Part shown: in pieces, positions 34,844-44,394 of the stretch | Layout of the letters: each line of letters opens with the position of its first letter | How positions within the stretch are numbered: position 1 is the first letter of the stretch | Assembly (NCBI GenBank): GCA_031260685.1 | Contig: JAISLB010000058.1 | Span: 1-51,325, forward strand | Reading direction: 5' to 3' | From: Oscillospiraceae bacterium | GTDB lineage: Bacteria; Bacillota; Clostridia; Oscillospirales; Oscillospiraceae | DNA: 51,325 nt | The notes under the pieces: model-generated | Told to the model about the DNA's origin: nothing | Seen by the model: only the letters and a program-made list of their open reading frames with translations | Databases searched by the model: none | Translations under genes and position numbers: made by a program

Positions 34844-36814
34844 ATGACAAAGCAGATTAACTATGGCAGCGAACCCGCTAAATGGCCCTATCCTGTTAGG
34901 TACGACGCGGAGAACCGTATCGAAACTGACGTACTCATCATCGGGGCGGGAATCGCGGGAGCAATGGCGGGGCTTATGGCTGCGCGGCGCGGCGTACGCG
35001 TTGCGGTAGTCGATAAGTCGCCCGTTGACATCAGCGGCAGCGGAGGCAGCGGACTTGACCACTATCTCGACTGCTTCTCGAATCCCGACTGTACGCTTTC
35101 CCCGGAGGAAATTATGGACCTGCCTCACGAGGAAAACTACTTTATGCCGCGCCGCGACCACAGGTCCTACATACATATGAAAGGTTCGTGGGAGAATCTG
35201 CTCGAAATGGAAAAACTCGGGCTGCACTTCCGCGATGAGGAGGACGAATTCAAAGGCGCGCCTTTCCGCGACGACAAAACGAAAATTATGTACGCCTATG
35301 ACTATAAAACCAAATCGTCAATCCGGCTCCGCGGCGGTGCTGCGATTAAGAAGCATATGCGGAACGGTCTTACGGCTGAACCTAACGTGAGCCTATTCGA
35401 GCGCGTTATGATTACGTCACTCCTAAGCGAGGACGGCAAAGCGGGAGCGCGGATTGCGGGAGCTACCGGCTTCAACGAGGAAACCGGCGAATTCTACGTG
35501 TTCAGCGCGAAGTGCGTGATTATCAGCACCGCGGGAGTTTCGATGCAGGGTACGCAAACTTGGACGTTCAACTCCGAGATGTTCGCTAACGGCTACCGCG
35601 CTGACCCGCGCAACACGGGCGACGGAGTAGCGATGGCTTGGAACGCCGGAGCGGAACTTTACAGCGAACAATCTTTCGGGCAGACGATGATGACGGGACC
35701 TTTCGGCTGGCCTTGGTACGGTATCGGCAACCCCGATAACACTTGGCATCCCTGCACTCTTGTCGATAACAAGGGTACGGTCATTCCGTGGATTGATTCG
35801 CAGGGAAATCCGATTAGCACTATTGAGGAGCGTACGCTTCCGGCTCCCGGCGAGCTGTATATGAGTATGAGCCGTCCTACGCCTTATATCGACCCGGAGC
35901 TTATACGCAACGGAACCTACGAACTGCCGCTTTGGGCTGACCTCTCGTCGCTCCCGGAACACGAACGGCGCGGTATTTGGGGCTTAATGGTAGGCAACGA
36001 GGGACGTACCCGCTATGCAGTTTACGACTACTACAATAAAGCGGGCTTCAACCCCGATACCGATATGCTGATGTGTCCGGTAATGACCCCGGAAAACTTC
36101 GGCAATCAATGGAAAGACTGGTTTCAGGGCGAACCGGATAACAACAAATTCTGGAAAGCCGACACTCTCCGAGGTATCGCGTCCGACTGGAAGCAAATGT
36201 CGAATATCGCGGGACTTTTCGTTTCAGGCTCGGAATCGGGGCAGGGAGGCGCGGTAGCCGGTTCCTCCGGGTGTTACGCCGGGAATCGCGCAGCCGAATA
36301 CGCGCAGACAGTTTCGCAAGGTAAAATCAGCGAAGAACAGATAGCCGCGGAAAAGGCACGCGTCTACGCTCCCGTCAGACGCTCGGAAAATCCGGAAGCG
36401 TCCGTAAGCTGGAAAGAGCTGTGGATGGGAATGAACCGCGTAATGCAGCAGGATTGCGGAGAATTCCGCTCCGCCGCACTTTGCAGGCACGGGCTTATGT
36501 GGCTCGACAGCATCAAAAAGTTCGAAATGCAGCGGACATACGCGCGTAATCCCCACGAACTTGCGCGGGTACTCGAAGCCGAGAGCCGCGTTACCGTCGC
36601 GGAAATTTACCTCTATCTCTGTCTCGCAAACTTTGAGTCCGAAGCGGAAGACGTTTCAAAGGATAAGCTGATGTTCACTAAGCTAATCAACGGCGAACTG
36701 ATTCGCGGTTACAAAGAGGACGGCTGGTGGCTCAAAGCTCCGTACAAACCTACGTATAAGGAAAACTACGAAGCTATCCGCGCAAACGAAGTATCAGCAA
36801 AGGAGGCGAAATAA
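34844..36814 (+). CDS. FAD-dependent oxidoreductase, adenylylsulfate reductase alpha (AprA)/fumarate reductase flavoprotein-like
   Basis: Dinucleotide fold DVLIIGAGIAGAMAGLMAARRG. 656 aa. The C-terminal capping region resembles AprA. Paired with an AprB-like ferredoxin. Confidence 0.6.
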   Translation: MTKQINYGSEPAKWPYPVRYDAENRIETDVLIIGAGIAGAMAGLMAARRGVRVAVVDKSPVDISGSGGSGLDHYLDCFSNPDCTLSPEEIMDLPHEENYFMPRRDHRSYIHMKGSWENLLEMEKLGLHFRDEEDEFKGAPFRDDKTKIMYAYDYKTKSSIRLRGGAAIKKHMRNGLTAEPNVSLFERVMITSLLSEDGKAGARIAGATGFNEETGEFYVFSAKCVIISTAGVSMQGTQTWTFNSEMFANGYRADPRNTGDGVAMAWNAGAELYSEQSFGQTMMTGPFGWPWYGIGNPDNTWHPCTLVDNKGTVIPWIDSQGNPISTIEERTLPAPGELYMSMSRPTPYIDPELIRNGTYELPLWADLSSLPEHERRGIWGLMVGNEGRTRYAVYDYYNKAGFNPDTDMLMCPVMTPENFGNQWKDWFQGEPDNNKFWKADTLRGIASDWKQMSNIAGLFVSGSESGQGGAVAGSSGCYAGNRAAEYAQTVSQGKISEEQIAAEKARVYAPVRRSENPEASVSWKELWMGMNRVMQQDCGEFRSAALCRHGLMWLDSIKKFEMQRTYARNPHELARVLEAESRVTVAEIYLYLCLANFESEAEDVSKDKLMFTKLINGELIRGYKEDGWWLKAPYKPTYKENYEAIRANEVSAKEAK

Positions 36815-36815
36815 T

Positions 36816-37148
36816 ATGGAAGCGTATTTAGTCCCGAACCCGATTGCGCCGAATCAAACCGTATCTATTGACGCGGAAAAGTGTATTGGCTGCAACGAGT
36901 GTACGCGGCATTGCCGCACGCAAACGATTATGCCGAATCCGGCAGCCGGAGAAGCCCCGATTGTCATTTACCCGGACGAGTGCTGGTTCTGCGGCTGCTG
37001 TATTGACGCCTGTCCGAAAGCGGCGATTACTATGCACTATCCAATCAATCAGCGCGTATTCTTCAAGCGAAAGGAAAGCGGCGAGGTCTACCGTATCGGC
37101 GGTCCCGACGCTCCTCCGCAATCCTATTTTAAGCCGCCCGTCGGCTGA
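36816..37148 (+). CDS. 2x[4Fe-4S] ferredoxin, AprB-like small subunit
   Basis: CIGCNECTRHC and PDECWFCGCCIDACPKAAI (compare AprB ACWECYSCIKICP). Starts 2 nt after the flavoprotein stop. Confidence 0.6.
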   Translation: MEAYLVPNPIAPNQTVSIDAEKCIGCNECTRHCRTQTIMPNPAAGEAPIVIYPDECWFCGCCIDACPKAAITMHYPINQRVFFKRKESGEVYRIGGPDAPPQSYFKPPVG

Positions 37149-37169
37149 AGCCGTTATCAAAACAAAAAC

Positions 37170-37209
37170 GCCGCGTCCGGGAACTCCGCAAAAGAGTCCC
37201 GGACGCGGC
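37170..37209. terminator. bidirectional hairpin terminator between convergent genes
   Basis: Perfect 13-bp stem GCCGCGTCCGGGA / TCCCGGACGCGGC with a 14-nt loop. The plus-strand upstream A-run gives a GTTTTTGTTTTG tail on the minus strand. Confidence 0.75.
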
Positions 37210-37226
37210 TCTCATTGTGTCCGCGC

Positions 37227-40200
37227 TTACTTTGCCGCAAGCAGTCCGACGGCTTTGTCGTATTCTCCGCGCAGTACGAAGCGTGAAACGTCGTCAACAA
37301 GCGTCCTGGTGGCGGAACTAATCTCCATTTGGTCAAACGCGTCAAGCAAATCATCGACTATATCAACGTCATTTTCGGAGAGCGCGGTGCGGAGCCTTGT
37401 CAACGCTCCCGCTGCTTCCGCGCTGTCCTCGCCGCCGTTTGCTTCGGAACCCGCTTCGGCGGAGATGCCGAGTTCCTCACGTATTCCGTTTACAAGCGTT
37501 GACAGATGTTCTAAGAAAGTCTCGGTATCACGTTCGATAACGTCCTCTAAGGCGTAGCGTCCCGCGTCCTCAAGCGCGCGGGCTTCTTCCGAAACCTGCA
37601 TTGCGCCTATATTCGCCGCGGCGGATTTCAGCGCGTGAACTGCCGTAGTATACGCTTTGAGTTCATCGGTACTGTAATTTGAATCGTCGCGAAGCATATT
37701 TTTTATCGACGCGGAGTATTCAACTCCGTTATCCGCGAAAGTTTTCAGCACCTTGCGGTAATAGCCCGAGTCTCCGCCGACGCTCTTCAATCCGACCTTG
37801 ATGTCTATGCCCGGGATTACGAACAGCTTAGTTTCTTCCGTAGGTGCGGAAGCCGCGATTTTGGCAGCGGAAGATTGTTTCACGCTGACCTTTTTACCCG
37901 GGTGAAGCCACTTATCAAGCGCCGCGTCAAGCTTTAAGATGTCTATGGGTTTTACTACCAAACCGTCCATTCCGGCAGCGAGAAACTGTTCCTCAACCCC
38001 GTAGATAGCGTTAGCGGTGAGCGCGACGACCGGCGTCGAAACGCCCATCTGACGCAGCTCGATAGTCGTCTCTATACCGTCCATTCCGGGCATCATATGG
38101 TCCATAAAAATCAGGTCGTAGTTTTGAGTTTCGCAAAGCCGCAGACAATCCTCTCCGCTCGTACAAGTGGTAATACGCATTTGATACGGCTGAAGCAGTC
38201 CCTCCGCGACCATAAGGTTCGTCGTAATGTCGTCTACAATCAAAACATCGGCGTCCGGAGCGGTAAAGCGCACTGTGAACGCGTCAATGTCATAGAAGAA
38301 TTCGCTCGGAATGTCGTTCAGTATATTCGCGATACTGAGCGAAGTCGCGGGCATATCGAGTTTACGGATATCGCTGCTTGACACCAGCTCTCCGTAGTCA
38401 ATCAGTACGATAAACTCGGTGGTACAGCCGCAATCGTCGGCAATCGTCTTGGCTTTCTCGAATAGCGCGCCCGTAACGAATATATGCGTAAAGTCGCCGT
38501 TAGTACCGAGAATATCGCGGAAAGCGGCGGAACGCGAAACTACGTCGCTTCGCACACCTAAGTTATCGAGCGTGTCCTTGATAGAATTCGCGTAAGTCTC
38601 GCGGGTTTCGTAAATCAATACGCGGAGCCGCTCGGGGTTTTCGACTTCGGCGTAAGGTTTGTAGGGAAGTGAAATTTGCTGCGGAATCCTCACGGTAAAG
38701 GTCGAACCCTCTCCGTAGACTGATTGCACGGTAATATCGCCGCCCATTTGTTCGCAAAGCGCGCGGGTTATCGCAAGTCCCAAACCGGTGCCTTCCTTTT
38801 GGCTGTTGCGGATAGCGTCCAGACGTTGGAACTCACCGAATAGACGGCTCATATCCTCCGGCTTTATTCCGGAGCCTGTGTCGCTGACAGAAATTATCAA
38901 GCAAGCCGCGTTGTCGAACAGTTCCGCGGTGATTTTGAGGCTTACAGCCCCCCAATCTGTAAATTTGATAGCGTTGCCGAGCAAATTCGTCAGAATCTGG
39001 CGTATACGTACCGCGTCGCCTATCATATCGCGTGGTACGTCACCGTCTATGTTAACGCAGAAAAGTACGGGACTGTCGATAACTTTCATACGTACGATAC
39101 TGATTACGTCCGTAACAATCGACGGGAATACGTAGCCCTGCGTTACAATCTCCATCGCGCCCGAATCTATCTTTGAGAAGTCGAGAATATCGTTAATAAG
39201 GGCGAGAAGGTTGTTACCGGCGTTTTTGATACTACGTATGTAGTCCTGACCGCGCTCTCCCATAGGTTCGCGCTGCGCAAGCTCCGCCATACCGATTACC
39301 GCGTTCATAGGAGTGCGGATTTCGTGGGACATCTTAGCGAGGAACTGCGACTTAGCGGTGGCTGCGCGTTCGGCTTCTATCCGCGCCGTAACCGCCATTG
39401 TTATGTCCACTACGTCCACGTAGGTGCCGCGGATTTCTCCGTGGAGCTTCTCCATAATGACTTTGACATACATAACTTTGCCGTTGATAGTAAGTTTCAG
39501 CTCTTGGTCGATGTTAATCGTATTATTGAGGATATTGTGAAAGAGCATTTTCAGCTCGAAATCGCCGAACAAGTCGAGTATAGGACGTCCGACGGGGAGC
39601 TTACGGTTATAAACATTAGTCAGGCGCGTCAAGGACTCGGAGATATAGATAACGCGGAAATCCTCATCAACAATAGCCATAAGGTTCGGCGTGGTGTTCA
39701 GAAGCGTGTCAAAAGCCCGGAGCCCGCGCTTAGACTCCGCGGAGGATTTCGTTGTGGCGTGAACGATATAGCACATAGTCATAATCGCCGCGTCTACGAC
39801 AAGAAGATTGCGCAGTTCGATATATATTTCTCCGCTGACTAAACTGCTGTCCGCCGCCATCATAATAACGCTGATGAGCATTGTGGCGATTGTGTAGAGT
39901 ACACCGCTCTGTACAACACCGTACAGACAGCATACAACCGCAAGCGCAATCTGTATTGTAGCGAAATCCGCGATAGCGTCGTTAAATATAGACGCCAGTA
40001 CAAAGGCTATAAAGAACAGCAGCGGTGTCGCAAGCGAAATAATCTTGCGGTAAGGAGCTATGTACGAGAGTATAACTACCGCGACAGTAGCCGAAAACGC
40101 GATAATAAGCGGGACGGCAACATTAAACAGCGCTACGCCTATATATATGTCATAAACGCTGCTGATAAAGCAGAACACCCACACAGCTAACAAAGCCGCG

Positions 40201-40250
40201 CTGGTAGTATGTTTCAAATCCCGCGAGTTATTTACAGTATCAAATATCAT
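37227..40250 (-). CDS. hybrid sensor histidine kinase (multi-TM, PAS, HisKA, HATPase, degenerate REC, REC, HPt)
   Basis: About 5 N-terminal TM helices. H-box MSHEIRTPMNAV, GTGLGLAI, REC VLIVDDITTN...FMDHMMPGMDG, HPt HALKSAAANIGA. Confidence 0.9.
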   Translation of the reverse strand: MIFDTVNNSRDLKHTTSAALLAVWVFCFISSVYDIYIGVALFNVAVPLIIAFSATVAVVILSYIAPYRKIISLATPLLFFIAFVLASIFNDAIADFATIQIALAVVCCLYGVVQSGVLYTIATMLISVIMMAADSSLVSGEIYIELRNLLVVDAAIMTMCYIVHATTKSSAESKRGLRAFDTLLNTTPNLMAIVDEDFRVIYISESLTRLTNVYNRKLPVGRPILDLFGDFELKMLFHNILNNTINIDQELKLTINGKVMYVKVIMEKLHGEIRGTYVDVVDITMAVTARIEAERAATAKSQFLAKMSHEIRTPMNAVIGMAELAQREPMGERGQDYIRSIKNAGNNLLALINDILDFSKIDSGAMEIVTQGYVFPSIVTDVISIVRMKVIDSPVLFCVNIDGDVPRDMIGDAVRIRQILTNLLGNAIKFTDWGAVSLKITAELFDNAACLIISVSDTGSGIKPEDMSRLFGEFQRLDAIRNSQKEGTGLGLAITRALCEQMGGDITVQSVYGEGSTFTVRIPQQISLPYKPYAEVENPERLRVLIYETRETYANSIKDTLDNLGVRSDVVSRSAAFRDILGTNGDFTHIFVTGALFEKAKTIADDCGCTTEFIVLIDYGELVSSSDIRKLDMPATSLSIANILNDIPSEFFYDIDAFTVRFTAPDADVLIVDDITTNLMVAEGLLQPYQMRITTCTSGEDCLRLCETQNYDLIFMDHMMPGMDGIETTIELRQMGVSTPVVALTANAIYGVEEQFLAAGMDGLVVKPIDILKLDAALDKWLHPGKKVSVKQSSAAKIAASAPTEETKLFVIPGIDIKVGLKSVGGDSGYYRKVLKTFADNGVEYSASIKNMLRDDSNYSTDELKAYTTAVHALKSAAANIGAMQVSEEARALEDAGRYALEDVIERDTETFLEHLSTLVNGIREELGISAEAGSEANGGEDSAEAAGALTRLRTALSENDVDIVDDLLDAFDQMEISSATRTLVDDVSRFVLRGEYDKAVGLLAAK

Positions 40251-40391
40251 AATGAACCCTCTAGGCAGTTGGACGTTTTAGTAATGGTCGAACTTAGTGT
40301 TATTCTATTTAATTATGTAATAGCACCAAAAAGGATTGATAAGACTTAGTCGAATGGGCGATTGAGAAAGTGTTCACTTCCTCCTGTCGCG

Positions 40392-41438
40392 TTATATTCG
40401 TTTGAAGCGCGGTTCTTTGCGTAGCGGCGACTTTTGTGGTTTTACGTAGTTTAGCGCACCGTGTTCAACCATTATTTTCAGTTCGGCTGCTACGAACTTT
40501 TCGCCGTCAATATTTACCGAGAGCGGCTGATTGCTGTGGATTTCAAGCGTTTTGGCGCTGACGCTCCGGAAGCAGTATTCGTTATACGGGTACTCTCCGG
40601 CTTTCCCCGAGTCATAAAGTTTTAAGCTGTGGAGTGTTTCGAATAAACCGCTTGAGCGGAGCAGTGTGATATTCATCTGTCCGTCCTGATAATCCGGTTC
40701 GGGCGGCGGACAAAAGTGTCCCGGATAGAGGTGAGCGTTCCAGATGAAAATCGACGAGAACGCTTCGCTGATTTCTTCGCCGTCAATCGTAATGTAGTAG
40801 CTCGCTCCGAGATATTCTTCGCGCAGAAGCGACATTATCCGGAGTACGCGGTAGTAGCTTTTGCGGATAAGCCGCGGGAGCAGCCACTCAAATCTGCGTC
40901 CGTTAGGCGTAATGCGGCGCAGGTTTGCTTTATATTCGTTTACTATCATTTCGGTTTGCAGTCCGACCGCACAGTAGTTGAGAGCGTTGACATTTCCGCA
41001 GTTAAGAATATCAACAGACATCGTCGGCGCGGACACATATGATTTTATGTATTCTACGGCATCAAGCGCGCCCATTCGGTTAAGCCCTATGTAGGTTCCC
41101 ACGGGGATTGCCGCAAGCTCCGCGCCTTTGAAGTTCGCAACTCCGTTGAGGCAGTCGCTTTGGGTTCCGTCGTCCCCGATTGCGTATACGCGAACCGGCT
41201 CGGGACTGTTTGCGCGCAGATAGGTGTAGATAGTTACTATCGGGTCGCGCCGCCGCCGCGTGATGAATATTCGGTACATATCGCTCTCACGTCTGCCCTC
41301 CGGTTTTACTTTGCCGAGCGGCGCCGGAGCGGATTCTCTGCCCGGCGAACCGAAAATGCCGCGAATCCCGGCACAAACCGCGTCGAAGTCTGCTTTCGAC
41401 GCAAATGTTTCGGGGTCTATAACAAAGAAATGTTTCAT
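40392..41438 (-). CDS. diacylglycerol/lipid kinase catalytic-domain family protein, degenerate motifs
   Basis: Paralog of 45657..46625 (MKHFFVIDP versus MVHYFVVNP; VRVYAIGDDGT versus VRVYAVGGDGI). Has GDDGT instead of GGDG, and IPVGTYIGL instead of IPxGSxNDF. Confidence 0.55.
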   Translation of the reverse strand: MKHFFVIDPETFASKADFDAVCAGIRGIFGSPGRESAPAPLGKVKPEGRRESDMYRIFITRRRRDPIVTIYTYLRANSPEPVRVYAIGDDGTQSDCLNGVANFKGAELAAIPVGTYIGLNRMGALDAVEYIKSYVSAPTMSVDILNCGNVNALNYCAVGLQTEMIVNEYKANLRRITPNGRRFEWLLPRLIRKSYYRVLRIMSLLREEYLGASYYITIDGEEISEAFSSIFIWNAHLYPGHFCPPPEPDYQDGQMNITLLRSSGLFETLHSLKLYDSGKAGEYPYNEYCFRSVSAKTLEIHSNQPLSVNIDGEKFVAAELKIMVEHGALNYVKPQKSPLRKEPRFKRI

Positions 41439-41506
41439 TTCAAATACCAAACTGACAAATATTAAATAACAACATCGGCGGACAGGAACGGTGTACTGCG
41501 GCTATA

Positions 41507-42586
41507 CTATATAAGCGCAGCCAGAATCTCGGTAAAGCGCGTCATTTCGTCCTCGGCGCCTATTGACACCCGCAGACAGTTGTCTATTCGCGGCAGGTCG
41601 AAGTAACGCACTAACACTCCGGCTTCCCGCAGTTTACTTTGCAGCACCGACGCGTGATACGCTGTAAGCTCCGCTCCGAATTTATGACCTTCCGGATGGC
41701 TTATAAACAGGAAGTTCGCGGCGGAGGGACAGACTTCAAAACCCAGTTTGTACAATTCGTGTTCGGTGCGTTCGCGGGTTGCGATAATCTTCGCGATGAT
41801 TCTTTTGAAATAACCGACGTCGCGGATTGCGGCCGTGGCTCCCTCCTGCGCTAAACTGCCGAGAGTGTAGCTGTTGACGCAGTTCTTGACGGTTTCGAGA
41901 TTGCGTATGAGCTGTTCCTGTCCGAGCGCGTAGCCTACGCGAAGTCCCGCAAGCGAATATGACTTTGAGAAAGTCCGGACGACAAGCAGATTCGGGTATC
42001 GCTCAATCAGCGGGATAGCGGAGTTATTGCCGGAGTCGAAATCCATATAGGCTTCGTCGATTATAACGACTTTGTCCGGATTAGTACGGACTATCAGCTC
42101 TATCTCGGCGGCGGTGAGGACGATTCCGGTCGGAGCGTTCGGATTAGCCAGTACGACGCTCTTGTCAGTAGCGATAAACCTCTTGACGGGAACTGTAAAG
42201 TCCTCGTTCAGCGGAATCGTATGATACTTAATGCCGTAAATCTTTGCCCAAACCGGGTAAAAGCTGTACGTGATATCCGGCGCGGCGATACTATCGCAGA
42301 AAGCCATAAAAGCGAACGCGAGTACTTCGTCGCTGCCGTTTCCCGCGAATACTTGCTCCGTCTTTAACCCGTAGGTTTCGGCTATCGCCGTGCGAAGCGC
42401 GGAACAGTTAGGGTCGGGGTATTTTTCGAGAGGGCGCGGAACCGGAGACAGCGAACGTATAGTTTGCACGGAGGGCGGATAGGGATTTTCGTTAGTATTG
42501 AGCTTTATGCGTATTCCGGTCCTGGGTTGTTCCCCCGGGGTGTACGGAGTAATCCCGCGTAAGCGGTTCGATGTGAATGTACTCAT
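41507..42586 (-). CDS. hisC: histidinol-phosphate aminotransferase
   Basis: LNTNENPYPPS, and PLP lysine context RTFSKSYSLAGLRVGY. Start at ATG 42586 with an AGGAGA RBS. Confidence 0.9.
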   Translation of the reverse strand: MSTFTSNRLRGITPYTPGEQPRTGIRIKLNTNENPYPPSVQTIRSLSPVPRPLEKYPDPNCSALRTAIAETYGLKTEQVFAGNGSDEVLAFAFMAFCDSIAAPDITYSFYPVWAKIYGIKYHTIPLNEDFTVPVKRFIATDKSVVLANPNAPTGIVLTAAEIELIVRTNPDKVVIIDEAYMDFDSGNNSAIPLIERYPNLLVVRTFSKSYSLAGLRVGYALGQEQLIRNLETVKNCVNSYTLGSLAQEGATAAIRDVGYFKRIIAKIIATRERTEHELYKLGFEVCPSAANFLFISHPEGHKFGAELTAYHASVLQSKLREAGVLVRYFDLPRIDNCLRVSIGAEDEMTRFTEILAALI

Positions 42587-42632
42587 CTGACGTGGTCTCC
42601 TAAATCTATTTGAAAGCGCGGACACTTCGTTA

Positions 42633-44318
42633 TCAGCCGAAATTTGAGTTCTCCCGCAGCCACGCGTAGGCTGTTTCCGTTATAGTTTTCAGCGCGGTTT
42701 CGTCAAAAGGAGAGTCGAGACCGGCTCCCGCTATCAGCTCGGTAAAGGTGCGCGTACCGGCTTTATCCACGAACTTGCGGTATTTATCCCAAGCGGTTTC
42801 GTGCTCCGACCGGTTCAGCGCCCAAAATTCGAGAGCTGCGGTTTGCGCCAGTACGTAATCTATATAATAGAACGGACGTTCGTAGATATGCGCTTGAGCC
42901 TGCCAACGCCGTCCCTCTCCGAAGAACGGCAGGTCGTAATCGAGATACGGTCGGTACTCCGCTTCGAGCAGCTTCCAAGCGTCGTTGCGCTCTTTGGGCG
43001 TAAGCCGCGGATTGCCGTAGACAATATGCTGGAATTCGTCCACCATTGAGCCGTAGGGCAGAAAGGTCAGCGCGGACGCGAGATGCTGATAGCGATACTT
43101 ATCGGGATTCTCAAAAAACAGCTTCATCCAGGGCCAAGTGAAAAACTCCATTGACATTGAGTGTACTTCCGCGGCTTCGTAGGTAGGATTGCGCAGATTC
43201 GACGGCGAAATATCCCGCGCGAGATACGCGGCGAAAGCGTGTCCCGCCTCGTGAGTGAGTACGTCTATATCGTCCGAGGTTCCGTTGAAGTTTGCGAAGA
43301 TGAACGGCGACTTGTAATCTTCGATAGTAGTGCAGTAACCGCCGCCGGACTTGCCGGGACGCGTGAGAACGTCAAACAGCTCGTTCTCCAGCATAAAGTC
43401 TATAAATTCGCCGGTTTCGGGACTTAGCTCGCGGTACATCTTTTGTCCCGCGGCAAAAATTTCGTCCGGCGAACCTTGCGGCTTAGCGTTACCCTCCGCG
43501 AAAAGCAGCGCATCGTCATAGAGCGTTACGCGCTCTATCCCGAGCCGCTTTGCTTGTTCGGCTTTGAGTGCTTCCGAGAGCGGTACGACGTACTTTTTGA
43601 CGGCGGCGCGAAGCTTCGCTACGTCCTCCGCGTTGTAGCAATTGCGCGTCATATTGTAGTAGCCAAGCTCGATGTAGTTTTCGTAGCCGAGCTTGCGCGC
43701 CATTTCAGTGCGGACTTTCACAAGCTCGTCAAATATACCGTCGAGACGCTCCGATTGCGGCAAGAACCAATCGGAACGCGCCGCGTAAGCAGCTCTGCGG
43801 ATTTCACGGTCGGTACTCTGAAAGTACGGAGCTAACTGCGCGAGATTCAGCGTCTTACCGTCAAATTCTATCTGCGCCGAAGCGATAAGCTTGTTATATT
43901 CGGTGGTAAGACGGTTTTCCTCCTGCAAGTCGGCGATTATTTCCGGCTTGAACGTTTTGAGCGCAATCTCGGAGTTGCGGAACATCACGCTGCCCCATTC
44001 GGCTTCAAGCTCACTGCGGAACGGAGACGCCAGAAGCGCTTTGGTTATCTCCTGATTGATTTCCTCAAACTCCGGCATAACACCGTCGAAAAAGTCCTGT
44101 TCTTTAGCGTAGAATTCGTCTCTTGTGTCGAGCGAATGATGCAGATAGACAAGCTCCATAGCGGTATAGAAATGTTCAACAGCGCGGTCGATTTGAATAT
44201 ATGCCTTCGCCGCTTCCTCCGGAGTTCCGGCTGCGTTGAATACGTCCGATAAGCCGCGCAGTTCAGCCGCGGCAGCGTCGTAGTCGGGATGTTCGTAGGT
44301 CATCTGCGAAAATTTCAT
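42633..44318 (-). CDS. pepF: M3B oligoendopeptidase F
   Basis: Zinc motif HEAGHAF and a downstream E ligand (AEVHS), at family-typical length. Start at ATG 44318 (MKFSQMTYE) with a GAGGTAA RBS. Confidence 0.9.
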   Translation of the reverse strand: MKFSQMTYEHPDYDAAAAELRGLSDVFNAAGTPEEAAKAYIQIDRAVEHFYTAMELVYLHHSLDTRDEFYAKEQDFFDGVMPEFEEINQEITKALLASPFRSELEAEWGSVMFRNSEIALKTFKPEIIADLQEENRLTTEYNKLIASAQIEFDGKTLNLAQLAPYFQSTDREIRRAAYAARSDWFLPQSERLDGIFDELVKVRTEMARKLGYENYIELGYYNMTRNCYNAEDVAKLRAAVKKYVVPLSEALKAEQAKRLGIERVTLYDDALLFAEGNAKPQGSPDEIFAAGQKMYRELSPETGEFIDFMLENELFDVLTRPGKSGGGYCTTIEDYKSPFIFANFNGTSDDIDVLTHEAGHAFAAYLARDISPSNLRNPTYEAAEVHSMSMEFFTWPWMKLFFENPDKYRYQHLASALTFLPYGSMVDEFQHIVYGNPRLTPKERNDAWKLLEAEYRPYLDYDLPFFGEGRRWQAQAHIYERPFYYIDYVLAQTAALEFWALNRSEHETAWDKYRKFVDKAGTRTFTELIAGAGLDSPFDETALKTITETAYAWLRENSNFG

Positions 44319-44394
44319 AAGTGTTACCTCGATTTTTTGTAATCCCCGATTGATAAAAGACGTAGTTTCCGCGCGGGAACTGTTACCGTTTGCC

